A stretch of DNA of 32,000 bases, taken from NCBI GenBank assembly GCA_047651235.1, contig CP178758.1:1860001-1892000 (forward strand), given 5' to 3'. Every line of letters begins with the position of its first letter. Position 1 is the first letter of the stretch. Under the pieces are notes generated by a model, which was not told where the DNA came from, searched no databases, and saw nothing but the letters and a program-made list of their open reading frames with translations. The position numbers and the translations under genes are program-made. This DNA is from Candidatus Electrothrix yaqonensis. GTDB taxonomy: Bacteria > Desulfobacterota > Desulfobulbia > Desulfobulbales > Desulfobulbaceae. Shown here piece after piece: positions 1 to 9,524 of the stretch.

Positions 1-2337
1 CCAGATCTCTGCCAGCTCCTGTTCCAGGGCGTTGCGGGGAGCGACAAAATCAGTTGTTCTGACATAGGTTGAAAAATCAGGGACCGGCAGAGCCCGGCGG
101 TCAACTTTGCCGTTGGGTGTTAGCGGAAAGGCATCAAGAGACACAAAGGCTGACGGCACCATGTAGTCCGGCAGGGCATTTCCGAGGAACTTCCGCAGGT
201 CGTCGCTGTCCGGCCGAGATGCTCCGGAGACAGCGGAAACAGTATAGGCGGCCAGCCGTTTGTCACCTGCAGGGGTTGCGTGGGCAAGAACGACTGCATG
301 ATCCACTTCGGGATGCTTTTCCAGAGTGTTCTCGATTTCTGCGAGTTCAATGCGGTTGCCGCGGATTTTGACCTGATGGTCAATCCGACCGAGAAACTCG
401 ATTTCTCCGTCAGGCAGCCAGCGGGCCAAGTCGCCGGTTTTATACATTCCGGCATCTTTTTCTGTGCTGAAGGGATCGGGCAGAAAGCTTTCCGCTGTCA
501 GCTCCGGCCGGTTGAGGTAGCCGCGGGCAACACCGACTCCGCCGATATACAGTTCTCCGGCAACGCCGATCGGGACGGGCTGCAGGAAACGGTCAAGAAT
601 GTAAACCTGCGTATTGCTGATCGGTCGACCGATGGTCGGTTTCTGATCTGTATCAGCATATGCGATCGCTGTAGCAATAACCGTCGCTTCCGTCGGGCCG
701 TAGGTATTGAAAATTTTCCGTCCTTGCGACCATTCCCGGACCAGCTCCTGGGTGCAGACATCCCCGCCGACAATGACCGCCCGTAGATCAGGCAGAACTT
801 CTCCGGAAATGGTGGCCAGGGCTGGCGGAACAATATCGATATGGGTGATCTTATACTGCAGCAGCAGTTCTTTCAGTTCGGCACCCAGACGGGACGATTC
901 CGGCGGGATCAGGCAGAGCCGCGCCCCGGCGCAGAGCGAGGTTATAATGTCGGAGATCGACGGATCAAAACTGAGAGAGGCGAACTGCAGATATCGACTG
1001 GTCGGTCGGACATCAAAGAGACGGATCTGGTACTGTGCCAGATTGCACAGGCCTTGATGCGGAACAAGCACCCCCTTTGGTCTGCCAGTTGAGCCGGAAG
1101 TATACATAATATAGGCCAGATCGCCGGGCTGTACCTTGCCGGACGAATTTTCTCCGCTTTCCGCCGCAATGCTGTCCCAGTCCGTATCTAGACAAAGCAC
1201 CTGCCCCTGATATTCCGGCAGAGCAGCCTGCAGATGCTTCTGGGTCAGCAGCACCGGAACTTGGGAATTCTCCAGCATGTAGGCAATCCGTCCCTCAGGA
1301 TAGGCCGGATCAATAGGCACATAGGCACCGCCTGCCTTCAGGATACCCAAGATGCCGATCACCATTTCCAAGGAGCGTTCAATGGAGATCCCCACCGGAG
1401 TGTCCGGCTCTACAGACAGCTGCTGCAGATAATGCGCCAGTTGATTGGCCCGGCGGTTCAGCTCCTGGTAGGTCAGCTCCTGTTCCTGAAACACCAGTGC
1501 GACCGCATCGGGCGTCTTTTCCGCCTGCTCCTCAAAAAGCTGATGAATACATTTATCCTGCGGATACTCAATCTCTGTGCTGTTCCATGCAACCAGCACC
1601 TGATGCTGTTCTTCTGCCGTGAGCAGGGGAAGACGGGCGATCTGCTGTTGTGGATTGTCATTCTCCACCATGCCGGAAAGCAGCACCCTGAAGTTGCCCA
1701 GAAAACGTTCCGCTGTGCTGCGGGAGAACAGTCCGGCATTGTAAACAAAGGTGATCTGCAGACCGTCCTCCTGTGCCTCTGCAAGCACGGCCAAGTCGCA
1801 TTTACTCCAGTATTCCTGGTATTCTTGGTATCCCCGGTACGATTCCGGCTTGTTCTCCGACGAAGTATCCGGGGAAGCCGGGGCATCATACAGCACCAGC
1901 ATCATCCGGCAGGGTGCGTCCGGTTCTTTTTCCGTAGCTTCTTTTGCCTGTTGAACGCGCTCCAGCAATTCCGCAACATGTAGGTCGTCCTCAAGCCGGG
2001 TGTGGAGGGACAGCACTGGATGATCCGGATTATTCCGGCCAGAGGCAGAGGTAGTTACTGTATTGACGACGATATCATAGTGACCGGTATACCGGTACAG
2101 AAAGACCTTGAAGACTGCCAGCAGCAGAACAGACAGGCTGGCTTTTTCCTGCGCACAGAACTTCTCTATCCGGCGGGTCAGTTCCGCTTCCGGCGTAAAG
2201 GATATTTTATCCCGGACAGATGGAGAAGCAGCTGAGCGGGGAAAATCAGCAGGAAGCTCCGGAATCGGCAGCTCTGCTGACGGCGGAACAGATTGAAGGG
2301 GATCCTCCTTATTAGATACAGGTGTCGTTGTACTCAT
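1..2337 (-). CDS. Nonribosomal peptide synthetase module, 3'-partial: C-terminal half of a condensation domain, a full adenylation domain, and the start of a carrier domain
   Basis: Absent from the ORF track because it has no stop codon in the window. My manual minus-strand translation from the ATG at 2337 stays open to position 1 (779 codons). Adenylation core motifs read directly: LTYQELNRRANQLA, LKAGGAYVPIDP, LAYIMYTSGSTGRPKG, FDPS, NTYGPTE, GELYIGGVGVARGY, YKTGDLARW, GRIDHQVKIRGNRIELAEIE, LPDYMVP, PLTPNGKVDRRAL. The sequence then reads EQELAEIW, entering a PCP domain. Confidence 0.9.
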   Translation of the reverse strand, partial: MSTTTPVSNKEDPLQSVPPSAELPIPELPADFPRSAASPSVRDKISFTPEAELTRRIEKFCAQEKASLSVLLLAVFKVFLYRYTGHYDIVVNTVTTSASGRNNPDHPVLSLHTRLEDDLHVAELLERVQQAKEATEKEPDAPCRMMLVLYDAPASPDTSSENKPESYRGYQEYQEYWSKCDLAVLAEAQEDGLQITFVYNAGLFSRSTAERFLGNFRVLLSGMVENDNPQQQIARLPLLTAEEQHQVLVAWNSTEIEYPQDKCIHQLFEEQAEKTPDAVALVFQEQELTYQELNRRANQLAHYLQQLSVEPDTPVGISIERSLEMVIGILGILKAGGAYVPIDPAYPEGRIAYMLENSQVPVLLTQKHLQAALPEYQGQVLCLDTDWDSIAAESGENSSGKVQPGDLAYIMYTSGSTGRPKGVLVPHQGLCNLAQYQIRLFDVRPTSRYLQFASLSFDPSISDIITSLCAGARLCLIPPESSRLGAELKELLLQYKITHIDIVPPALATISGEVLPDLRAVIVGGDVCTQELVREWSQGRKIFNTYGPTEATVIATAIAYADTDQKPTIGRPISNTQVYILDRFLQPVPIGVAGELYIGGVGVARGYLNRPELTAESFLPDPFSTEKDAGMYKTGDLARWLPDGEIEFLGRIDHQVKIRGNRIELAEIENTLEKHPEVDHAVVLAHATPAGDKRLAAYTVSAVSGASRPDSDDLRKFLGNALPDYMVPSAFVSLDAFPLTPNGKVDRRALPVPDFSTYVRTTDFVAPRNALEQELAEIW

Positions 2338-2394
2338 TTACCCTGGAATTGCTATGTATTATAGAAAAAAGTCATCTATCGCAGCTGCCGGGGT

Positions 2395-3939
2395 TCATTT
2401 TGCTGCTGACAGCAGTTTATGTTCCGGCAGAAAAAAATTGTTTTCACAGCCTGCATACTCAAGACGGGCAAGTTGATTCTTCGTCTCGATATTGTTCTTC
2501 ATAGCCTGAACAATACCAAGATAAAACCATATATTATGCGAAAAAAGAGAATACTCGAAGAGTGTTCTATGATGGAGAAGCCAGCCGATCCATCCGCATA
2601 AAAAGCCGATAGCAAGGTATGCATACGTAGGATCACTTTTTGTCAGTCCGACCGAAACGTGCAGGATCAGAATAAAAAAAAGCAGGAGGAGAAAAACGAT
2701 TCCCGCAGGGACTCCAAGCTCGGCAGCCACCAGCATATATTCGTTATGTACGGGCATGGGAAAATGCCAGCTTGCCCCCATTGTAGAATTATCATATTTA
2801 TGGATCACCGAGCAGTAATTATTGAATCCTACTCCAAGCCAGTAATTATGGCGAATGATATTTTTGCAGATCACTTTCAGATGGTATCGGATTTCGAGAC
2901 CACTGCCCCGGTCATCCCCGAAAATTCTGTTCCTGATTGATGGGATCAGACCTATAGCGCCAGCAGCCGCCCCGCCCACAATTATAACGACCAGAGCGGC
3001 GGACAGTATTCTCTGCTGCGTTTTTTTGCTCCTGCACCAATACATACTGATACTTCCGCCGAGCACCAGGGAGGCCCATGCGCTTCTTGAATAGGTCAGC
3101 ATAATTGCGCCGCACATCAGGCCAAGAGGAACAAATCGTAAGAGTTTTATCGGTCTGGAGGCGGAGACAAAGAGCGCAGCAATATTTATTTCTATCAGAA
3201 AGGCTAGAAATAGAGCAAGTTTATTGGCATGGCCGATGGTCCCGCCTACTCTGGTGACGCTGGAAGCTCCTGCTTCTGCCGTAAAAACAGAAACTTCCCC
3301 TAATATTTCCAAACCGATGGCACCTCCATTGAGGTACTGCGCCATAGCAATCAATGCCTGAAGAGCACCGTTCAGCAGGAGAATGCCTACCAGCATCAGA
3401 ATGGTTCGGCGTTCTGTGAGGTTGTTGGCAAGGTAGAGAAAAAGTATCGGATTCTTCAGAATAAGAAACAGCGCTCCTGCCCTGATAACCGGCTCGACCG
3501 GTCTGCCGACCCAGCTGATGATGCAGCAGACAACTATAATCAGGTACGGAACCGTCATCCAGAGATGCAGCCGAATTTTTTCTTTTTTCAGTAGCAGCCG
3601 CACGAGCCAGAAGATCAGAAACAGAGCCAGAGGAAAATCAAGAGCCCTGATCTGAAAGCCGTTGAGCGGCCTGTAGAAAGGCTGTGTTTGAAAACCGAAC
3701 GGATGGATGGTCAGGTTGATCGGCAATAGAAGTGCGGCAAAATACAGGAGAAATTTTTCCCGATCCGGAATAACAAGCAACCCTATTGCTCCGATCAGGA
3801 CGAGCAGCAGCATATTTGTCCACTTTCCACCCAGTTCCGCAGCCTGAATAACTCCTCGGGAAATGAGAAATCCGATCAGGAAAATGAAAAAAAGTTCAAA
3901 CAGAAACCGATTGTTATAGCGGTCGAGGAGGGTTCTCAT
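2395..3939 (-). CDS. O-antigen ligase / polymerase (Wzy_C) family polytopic membrane protein
   Basis: 514-aa ORF that is almost entirely hydrophobic helices. It has a loop region (TYSRSAWASLVLGG...) typical of the O-antigen-ligase family and sits at the end of the EPS operon. Confidence 0.7.
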   Translation of the reverse strand: MRTLLDRYNNRFLFELFFIFLIGFLISRGVIQAAELGGKWTNMLLLVLIGAIGLLVIPDREKFLLYFAALLLPINLTIHPFGFQTQPFYRPLNGFQIRALDFPLALFLIFWLVRLLLKKEKIRLHLWMTVPYLIIVVCCIISWVGRPVEPVIRAGALFLILKNPILFLYLANNLTERRTILMLVGILLLNGALQALIAMAQYLNGGAIGLEILGEVSVFTAEAGASSVTRVGGTIGHANKLALFLAFLIEINIAALFVSASRPIKLLRFVPLGLMCGAIMLTYSRSAWASLVLGGSISMYWCRSKKTQQRILSAALVVIIVGGAAAGAIGLIPSIRNRIFGDDRGSGLEIRYHLKVICKNIIRHNYWLGVGFNNYCSVIHKYDNSTMGASWHFPMPVHNEYMLVAAELGVPAGIVFLLLLFFILILHVSVGLTKSDPTYAYLAIGFLCGWIGWLLHHRTLFEYSLFSHNIWFYLGIVQAMKNNIETKNQLARLEYAGCENNFFLPEHKLLSAAK

Positions 3940-3971
3940 TTTCCCGGGAAGTCAGAGTGGTTTCAGAAGGT

Positions 3972-4745
3972 TCAGAAGATATAGCGGTAAATCCACTGGG
4001 GTATAAAATATTTTCTTTTATTCAGAAAGCTGCCCAGAAGATTTGCTCCCTGCATATTCATTTGATGAACAAGCTCTTCCAGCACCTCGAATCGGCTTCT
4101 GTTGGCCTGCGCAACAAGAAGAACGCCGTCTACTTTTGCGGATATCATCTTGGTGTGACTTGACTTCAGCGCCGGAGCCGAATCTATCAGCACAATATCG
4201 TAATACTTTCCGGTCTCTTCAAGCAGCTGTTTGAACGAGGGAAGGCTGAAAGGAGAGAGCAGTTCGTTATCCAGATGACTGAATGTGATTATATCCAGGT
4301 TGGGAAGAAAGGTGGGCTGGACAATATCATCCAACGGAGACCTGTCAAGAAGATATTCTATCAGACCGTTTGACGGGACATGGTTAAACGCAAGGTGCAG
4401 AGTCGGGCGTTCAAGATGCGCGTCAAGAATTAGAATCTGACGGTCAGGCATACCCCGGCTCAGTATCAGACCGAGATTGAACGTGACCGTCGAGGTGCCG
4501 ACGTTCGCATCTGTCCCGGTCAGCAGAAATGTTTTACATTGCTGCGTATCATGAAACAGAATGATTTTATTGGCAAATGACCTGAAGACTTCCAGCACAT
4601 GAGGGTATCTGTCCGGTTCCCGCATCCAGAGCGCAGGAAGACCGCGATACGTCTTCTTTCTTTTTCGCTTTGCGGAAAAACCGGATCTCTTCCGGTCGTA
4701 GATATGCTCCTCCCGTGGAGGATAAGAAAAAAAATCGTAGTCCAT
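3972..4745 (-). CDS. BY-kinase-like (CpsD/CapB/EpsG-type, MinD/ParA fold) polysaccharide co-polymerase ATPase with degenerate catalytic motifs
   Basis: 257 aa. Walker A position reads TGTDANVGTSTV, with no Lys where GK[ST] is expected. Walker A' reads ILILDAHLERP. Walker B reads IVLIDSAPAL. The C-terminus is Tyr-bearing (KYFIPQWIYRYIF). It lies directly downstream of a Wzz-like gene. Confidence 0.7.
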   Translation of the reverse strand: MDYDFFSYPPREEHIYDRKRSGFSAKRKRKKTYRGLPALWMREPDRYPHVLEVFRSFANKIILFHDTQQCKTFLLTGTDANVGTSTVTFNLGLILSRGMPDRQILILDAHLERPTLHLAFNHVPSNGLIEYLLDRSPLDDIVQPTFLPNLDIITFSHLDNELLSPFSLPSFKQLLEETGKYYDIVLIDSAPALKSSHTKMISAKVDGVLLVAQANRSRFEVLEELVHQMNMQGANLLGSFLNKRKYFIPQWIYRYIF

Positions 4746-4900
4746 ATTTTATCTGTTGCATGCTGAAAAAATCTCTTGTTGTCATCGGTCTGAAAGAAAG
4801 CGGGACCGAACAGTATCAGCATGAACCTATTGCAATAGATGAGAAGAAACTGTTAGCTGTTATATGCACAGACGCATTGAGAGATGCTCAAAAAAAGAAA

Positions 4901-6358
4901 TTATCGTTCACGGACAAAGCCTATTGATGAAAGCATATTCGCCCCTGCGAAACGGTCCAGGTCTTCAGGCCGTTTAACCGTGTGGTCCAGGTAGAATGCA
5001 GCAAGAGCTGCCCCGATTGCCGCGATTATACCTGCCGGAAGAGAAAGGAGCAGTCTGGCTTTGACGTTCGGAGAGGCAGGCTTGGAAGGCTCGGAGGGCC
5101 AATTGGAGACAAACACATTGGCCGCTCTGGCTTTTTCCCGCTCTTCCGTAATACGTGCTTCTTCCAGCTTCTCGGTGTATATCTGATGGTTCCGTTTATA
5201 GACATTCAGTTTGTCGAGCAGTCTGGATCGACCGATTTCTTTTTCCTTAAATACTGTAACTTCCGTTTTGATGCGGTCAAGTTCATCTGTTAATACTTTT
5301 TCTTTGTTGAGCTGAGCATGCAGATCAAGTTCCAGGCCGTTTAAAAATTGTTTTTGCGCTGTAAGAAATTCTTTTCTGAGCTGTCTGATCTGACGGATCG
5401 TATCCTTGTATTCAGGAGATGATTTCGGATACAGAGATTGGACCCGTTCTTTTTCCAGGACCATGGGAATATATACCTTGGCAAGTTCCGTCAGCATAGT
5501 GTTGCTGCGATAATCCTGGTTCATCATGGTAAGTTCCCCGTGCTTTGCCATGCTTTGTTTAAACGCATCAACCTGCTTCTGCCGTCCGGCAATATCTGTT
5601 TTCAACTGGCCTAAATCATACTCAACCTGCTGAATAAATTTAAGAAAAAAAGATTCCTGTTCATTAGGAGCAATAATAAAATACCCTTTATCATATTCCT
5701 TAAGCCGTTCTTCAAGTTCAAAGATTCTTGTTTCATAAAACTTAACCTGTTGACTGTGAAATTCCACACTGCCGGCAGTCTGATGCGCTTCAATATGCCG
5801 ATCAATGTAGCAGTCCAGAAAGGTTTTTAATATTTCAGTTATTTCGACTGGATCATCTCCCTGCTTTGTCACTTGGACCATATTGGACATACTGACGGCG
5901 GAAATATCCAGCCCGCTTCGGATGTCGTTGATAATTTTATCTTCACGTGAACCTTCAAATTCAATTCCCCATTTGACCAGCAGCCGCTTTCTTTTCCGTT
6001 CTGCATCAGGTGCCGGAGTATCCTCCTTGTCCTCAAGACGTCCCATTTTTACTGCGACGTCGCGCATTACCTCTTTGGAAGACATAAGTTTAATTTCCGT
6101 GTTCACATCTTCCTGCGAGACCGGGGCGACTGTAAAACGATCTGTCTGCATTGACAGCCGCGAGTCCACAAGCGGACGAATCAGAACAGCAGCGGAAACC
6201 TGATAAACCGGATCGGTACTCAGGGTTTTTACAGCAACAAGAATGACGACTGTCAGGAAGACGCCGACCATTACATGCAGCTTAGAAAAAAAGATAAAGA
6301 GGATGTCCCGCGGGGACACCTTCATACTGTCTGAAATTGCTTCTTTTAACCCGTCCAT
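4901..6358 (-). CDS. Polysaccharide chain-length determinant / co-polymerase (Wzz/GumC family)
   Basis: 485 aa. It has an N-terminal TM helix (HVMVGVFLTVVILVAV), a long charged coiled-coil periplasmic region and a C-terminal TM helix (LLLSLPAGIIAAIGAALAAFYL). This is the classic PCP topology. Confidence 0.75.
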   Translation of the reverse strand: MDGLKEAISDSMKVSPRDILFIFFSKLHVMVGVFLTVVILVAVKTLSTDPVYQVSAAVLIRPLVDSRLSMQTDRFTVAPVSQEDVNTEIKLMSSKEVMRDVAVKMGRLEDKEDTPAPDAERKRKRLLVKWGIEFEGSREDKIINDIRSGLDISAVSMSNMVQVTKQGDDPVEITEILKTFLDCYIDRHIEAHQTAGSVEFHSQQVKFYETRIFELEERLKEYDKGYFIIAPNEQESFFLKFIQQVEYDLGQLKTDIAGRQKQVDAFKQSMAKHGELTMMNQDYRSNTMLTELAKVYIPMVLEKERVQSLYPKSSPEYKDTIRQIRQLRKEFLTAQKQFLNGLELDLHAQLNKEKVLTDELDRIKTEVTVFKEKEIGRSRLLDKLNVYKRNHQIYTEKLEEARITEEREKARAANVFVSNWPSEPSKPASPNVKARLLLSLPAGIIAAIGAALAAFYLDHTVKRPEDLDRFAGANMLSSIGFVRER

Positions 6359-6359
6359 T

Positions 6360-7364
6360 TTAATCTACTCGTTTCCCTCCCAGCGAATAAGATGTTCCGA
6401 AGTTTACCGGAATGAGATCCCGGATGGAGTCCATGACCAATACGGCCTGTGAAAGTTTTGTTCTTGGAACAAAAATGACATCATACTGCCTGATAAACGG
6501 ATCCGAGGTCATGTCACCTCTTCCTATAATATTATCCATGTCAATGAGACGGGCAGTTGGTTTTCCTTTTTTACCCCGTCGGATAAGAACGATCTGATGG
6601 GTATTTGCCTGGGATGAAAAACCGCCGGCTTCGGCGATCAGCTGACTTAATGTACGGGGCCCGGAAAGCTCATAAAAATTCGGGCGGTTCACTTCTCCCA
6701 TAATATAGGCCCTGTTGGAACGGGCTTCGAGCATTGCCACGGTAATACTGATATTTTTAACAAATTTTCGGTATTTTTTTTCCACTGCCCGGCTCAGTTC
6801 AGTGCACGTTTTGTCTTTTGCTTTTATATCATTAATATAAGGGAGAGATATTTTGCCGTCCGGCCGCACGAGCACCTGCCTTGATTGTCCTCTTGTTGTT
6901 GTTCGCACAGCGGCTTTCAGGTTTTCTACTTTAACATTAAATTCGATTACTTCTACGGTGACAGCCGGTTTTTTGAGGATTGGTTTGTATAATTCTGTAA
7001 TGTGCGCTGCCAATGCTTCCGGTTTCATATCAAGCGCTTTCACATCTCCCACCCGGGCGAGTGTGATAAAACCGTCCGGTCTGACCCGTACTGTTTTGTT
7101 TAATCCCGGGTAATAATAGAACTCAATCCGGAGAGTGTCTTCCGTATCTACATGATATTGCGACGATGAACTGCCGGGGTCAATATAATACAGAACTTCC
7201 AGTTCGTCTCCCTGTCCGATAAGATAATCGGTCGGAATGAGCGGTTCAACGTCGGACTTGGGCTTTCTGAAATTCGGATGCTCCTCATTTATCTGCAGGG
7301 TGCCGCAGCTGCCGAGAAAAAAAATCAGAAAGATGAAGCTGCAAATAAACGTGATTCTACTCAT
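6360..7364 (-). CDS. Outer-membrane polysaccharide export lipoprotein (Wza-like; Poly_export plus SLBB repeats)
   Basis: The PDGFITLARVGDVKA and VRPDGKISLPYINDIKA motifs are typical of Poly_export/SLBB domains. I moved the start to the Met at 7364 (MSRITFICSFIFLIFFLGSC, signal peptide with an LGSC lipobox). That start abuts the stop of the upstream gene at 7369 without overlap. Confidence 0.8.
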   Translation of the reverse strand: MSRITFICSFIFLIFFLGSCGTLQINEEHPNFRKPKSDVEPLIPTDYLIGQGDELEVLYYIDPGSSSSQYHVDTEDTLRIEFYYYPGLNKTVRVRPDGFITLARVGDVKALDMKPEALAAHITELYKPILKKPAVTVEVIEFNVKVENLKAAVRTTTRGQSRQVLVRPDGKISLPYINDIKAKDKTCTELSRAVEKKYRKFVKNISITVAMLEARSNRAYIMGEVNRPNFYELSGPRTLSQLIAEAGGFSSQANTHQIVLIRRGKKGKPTARLIDMDNIIGRGDMTSDPFIRQYDVIFVPRTKLSQAVLVMDSIRDLIPVNFGTSYSLGGKRVD

Positions 7365-7368
7365 CAGT

Positions 7369-8943
7369 CTATCTTGCTCCTGCACCCTGCAGCACGACGA
7401 AAACTGTTTTAAACAGAATCCTGAAATCTTCCCAGAGGCTCCACTCCGCAATATACTGAAGATCCATATTCATCCATTCGTCAAATTCCACATCACTTCT
7501 GCCGCTGACCTGCCAGAGACCGGTAATGCCCGGTTTTACGCTGAAGCGGCGTCGATGCGCAGCTTCTCCGAAGCGCTCAAAATCCCTGATAGGCAGGGGC
7601 CTCGGCCCGACAATGCTCATATCGCCGATGAGCACATTGGCGAATTGAGGGATTTCATCCAGACTGGTTTTCCGCAGAATGTTGCCGATTTTTGTCACCC
7701 TCGGATCTTCAGTCATTTTAAAGGCCGCTCCATCGACCTCATTGTGCTTTTCCAGCTCTGCCTGAAGTTTTTCAGCATCCCGGATCATGGTTCTGAACTT
7801 GAATATTTTAAAGCGTCGTTTATTGAGCCCGATACGTTCCTGAACAAACAGAACAGGCCAGCCGTCCTGCAGCCAGATCAGGCCGGCCACAGTCAAAAAG
7901 ACAGGAGAAAGCATGACAAGTGCTGCCAGAGAAAAAATAATATCAACAATCCGTTTAATATCCCTGTGAAACTCTGGCTGATTCACAAAGTCGTAATCAA
8001 TCAGAAGATCATTCATATTATCCGGATGATAACGGGAATCAGCGGCTGAAGAATTGTAATCGGCAACAGTAATCTCCGAGAGATCGGGAACTCCCGCATC
8101 CTCCTGAAGATCAAAGAAATCATTGATCAGGCGGGTTCTGATTCCCTGCTCCTGGCAGCTTTTGATCAGCGTGAGAATCTTATCGTAAAAACTCCTGATC
8201 GGCAGAGTAATGAAAACTTCATCAACCCGGTTTTCAGAGATATATTTTTCAAACTCCTCTTCATCCAGGGAACAGATCATCGGAATGGGCAGGACTTCTC
8301 CTACTAGTTCTTTAAAATCACTGTGATTATCGGCATGATCAATATCCAGTATACTTCTAATATATTCTTCATCTATATCATCTGCAAATCCTATCAGAGA
8401 ATACCCTGAATTGGGCTGCATGAGTTCCTGAACAAGAGTAAGAGCCCGGACATTCTGCAGCCCCACAATCAGGGCATGATGCAGCTCTTTAGACCGGCGG
8501 TTTTTTTTTCTCCAGCGCAGCAGAGCAGCCAGCGGCATCAGACCTACGAAAGATGCTGCTAACAGGATCAGCCAGAAAAAAAAAGCAAAAAAAGAGTGCG
8601 GTTGATTGACTGAGAGAATGTCCGCCCCCAGAAGAAACAGCAATGCACCGACTGTTACAGAGCCGAATATTCTTTGTCCAAGGTCAACCCATTCCTCTTT
8701 TTCCAGAACAGCGAGCCTGTTCACTTTTGTACACAAGTTCAGGCGGTGCCAAAGGAGAAAGAGGATAAAGAATTTTCCGATTTCACATAAGGAAATCCTG
8801 ATATTAAACAGTGCGCTGATCTCCGGAAATTTGTTCCGGAGATAATATTCTCTGAGCAGGATAAAGAAAACAAGCGCTAAAATGGAATTGGTCCATACGA
8901 TAAGCCCTTCAAGCAGCGCTGTTTTGTAACTCGTTTTCTTCAT
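7369..8943 (-). CDS. Undecaprenyl-phosphate sugar phosphotransferase (WbaP/EpsB-type priming glycosyltransferase, Bac_transf domain)
   Basis: 524 aa. It has N-terminal TM helices, a central linker and a C-terminal catalytic domain with the motifs FKFRTM, DEIPQFANVLIGDMSIVGPRPL and KPGITGLWQVSGRS. Confidence 0.9.
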   Translation of the reverse strand: MKKTSYKTALLEGLIVWTNSILALVFFILLREYYLRNKFPEISALFNIRISLCEIGKFFILFLLWHRLNLCTKVNRLAVLEKEEWVDLGQRIFGSVTVGALLFLLGADILSVNQPHSFFAFFFWLILLAASFVGLMPLAALLRWRKKNRRSKELHHALIVGLQNVRALTLVQELMQPNSGYSLIGFADDIDEEYIRSILDIDHADNHSDFKELVGEVLPIPMICSLDEEEFEKYISENRVDEVFITLPIRSFYDKILTLIKSCQEQGIRTRLINDFFDLQEDAGVPDLSEITVADYNSSAADSRYHPDNMNDLLIDYDFVNQPEFHRDIKRIVDIIFSLAALVMLSPVFLTVAGLIWLQDGWPVLFVQERIGLNKRRFKIFKFRTMIRDAEKLQAELEKHNEVDGAAFKMTEDPRVTKIGNILRKTSLDEIPQFANVLIGDMSIVGPRPLPIRDFERFGEAAHRRRFSVKPGITGLWQVSGRSDVEFDEWMNMDLQYIAEWSLWEDFRILFKTVFVVLQGAGAR

Positions 8944-9025
8944 GACTTTTTACAGCCGGCCCGGAGCTCATTATTGCGGAAAACAACGCATGGAAAAATC
9001 TGCAGTATCTGCTGTTGCTGGAAGT

Positions 9026-9054
9026 ATTATATATCAAGCCCCCGGAGGAGTAAA
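9026..9054 (-). promoter_or_regulatory. Candidate sigma70 promoter for the EPS operon (TTTACT-N17-TATAAT on the minus strand)
   Basis: Read by eye. The -10 TATAAT is the reverse complement of 9026-9031. The spacer is 17 nt. The -35 TTTACT is the reverse complement of 9049-9054. It lies about 80 nt upstream of the ATG at 8943. Confidence 0.4.
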
Positions 9055-9524
9055 GCCGCGCTGACAAGTAAATTTTCTGATAACGGACAGTTGTAGATAA
9101 TTGACCGGGAAGCGCGCCGAATGCCCTGACCAGATCCTGAAGATGTTTCTCTTCTGCTTGTGCTGCTGTTTTTTTTCAAGAGAACCGACAAGAAAATCCT
9201 CTGCTATCATAGCATAGTCTACACGATTGAAGTACCACTTTTTTTATAATAATTTAATTTTTTATCCTGTCCGATACTACTCCAGATAAAAGAACACGCT
9301 CTAAAAAGGGCATCAAGATTCACGGGCTGACAAGGTGATGTTTTGTAGTTCGACAAAATCCGGACATGTACTTCAATTATGTTCATTACCACTCAGTAAT
9401 CTTTCAATATCGTAATGTAAATTTTGCTTTATCCGTAGAGTATTTTTTAGCCGAACTACATAACGACATAATAACAGTGTATTTTTTTCTGATCATCGCA
9501 GCATGCCGAAGAAGAAGTACCAGC

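Noticed and set aside
1234-1983. 249-aa + strand ORF, and the other short ORFs listed for 69-2296
   Set aside because: They lie antisense to or out of frame with the NRPS gene. The NRPS minus-strand frame carries every adenylation core motif. The listed translations are low-complexity with no recognisable motif.
7237-8049. 270-aa + strand ORF
   Set aside because: It is antisense to the junction of the Wza-like and priming-transferase genes, both of which have strong family motifs.
9300-9520. Search for a NifA upstream activator sequence (TGT-N10-ACA)
   Set aside because: I checked all five TGT occurrences by eye and none has ACA at +10. The TTTTGT-N6-ACAAAA palindrome at 9341-9358 has the wrong spacing.
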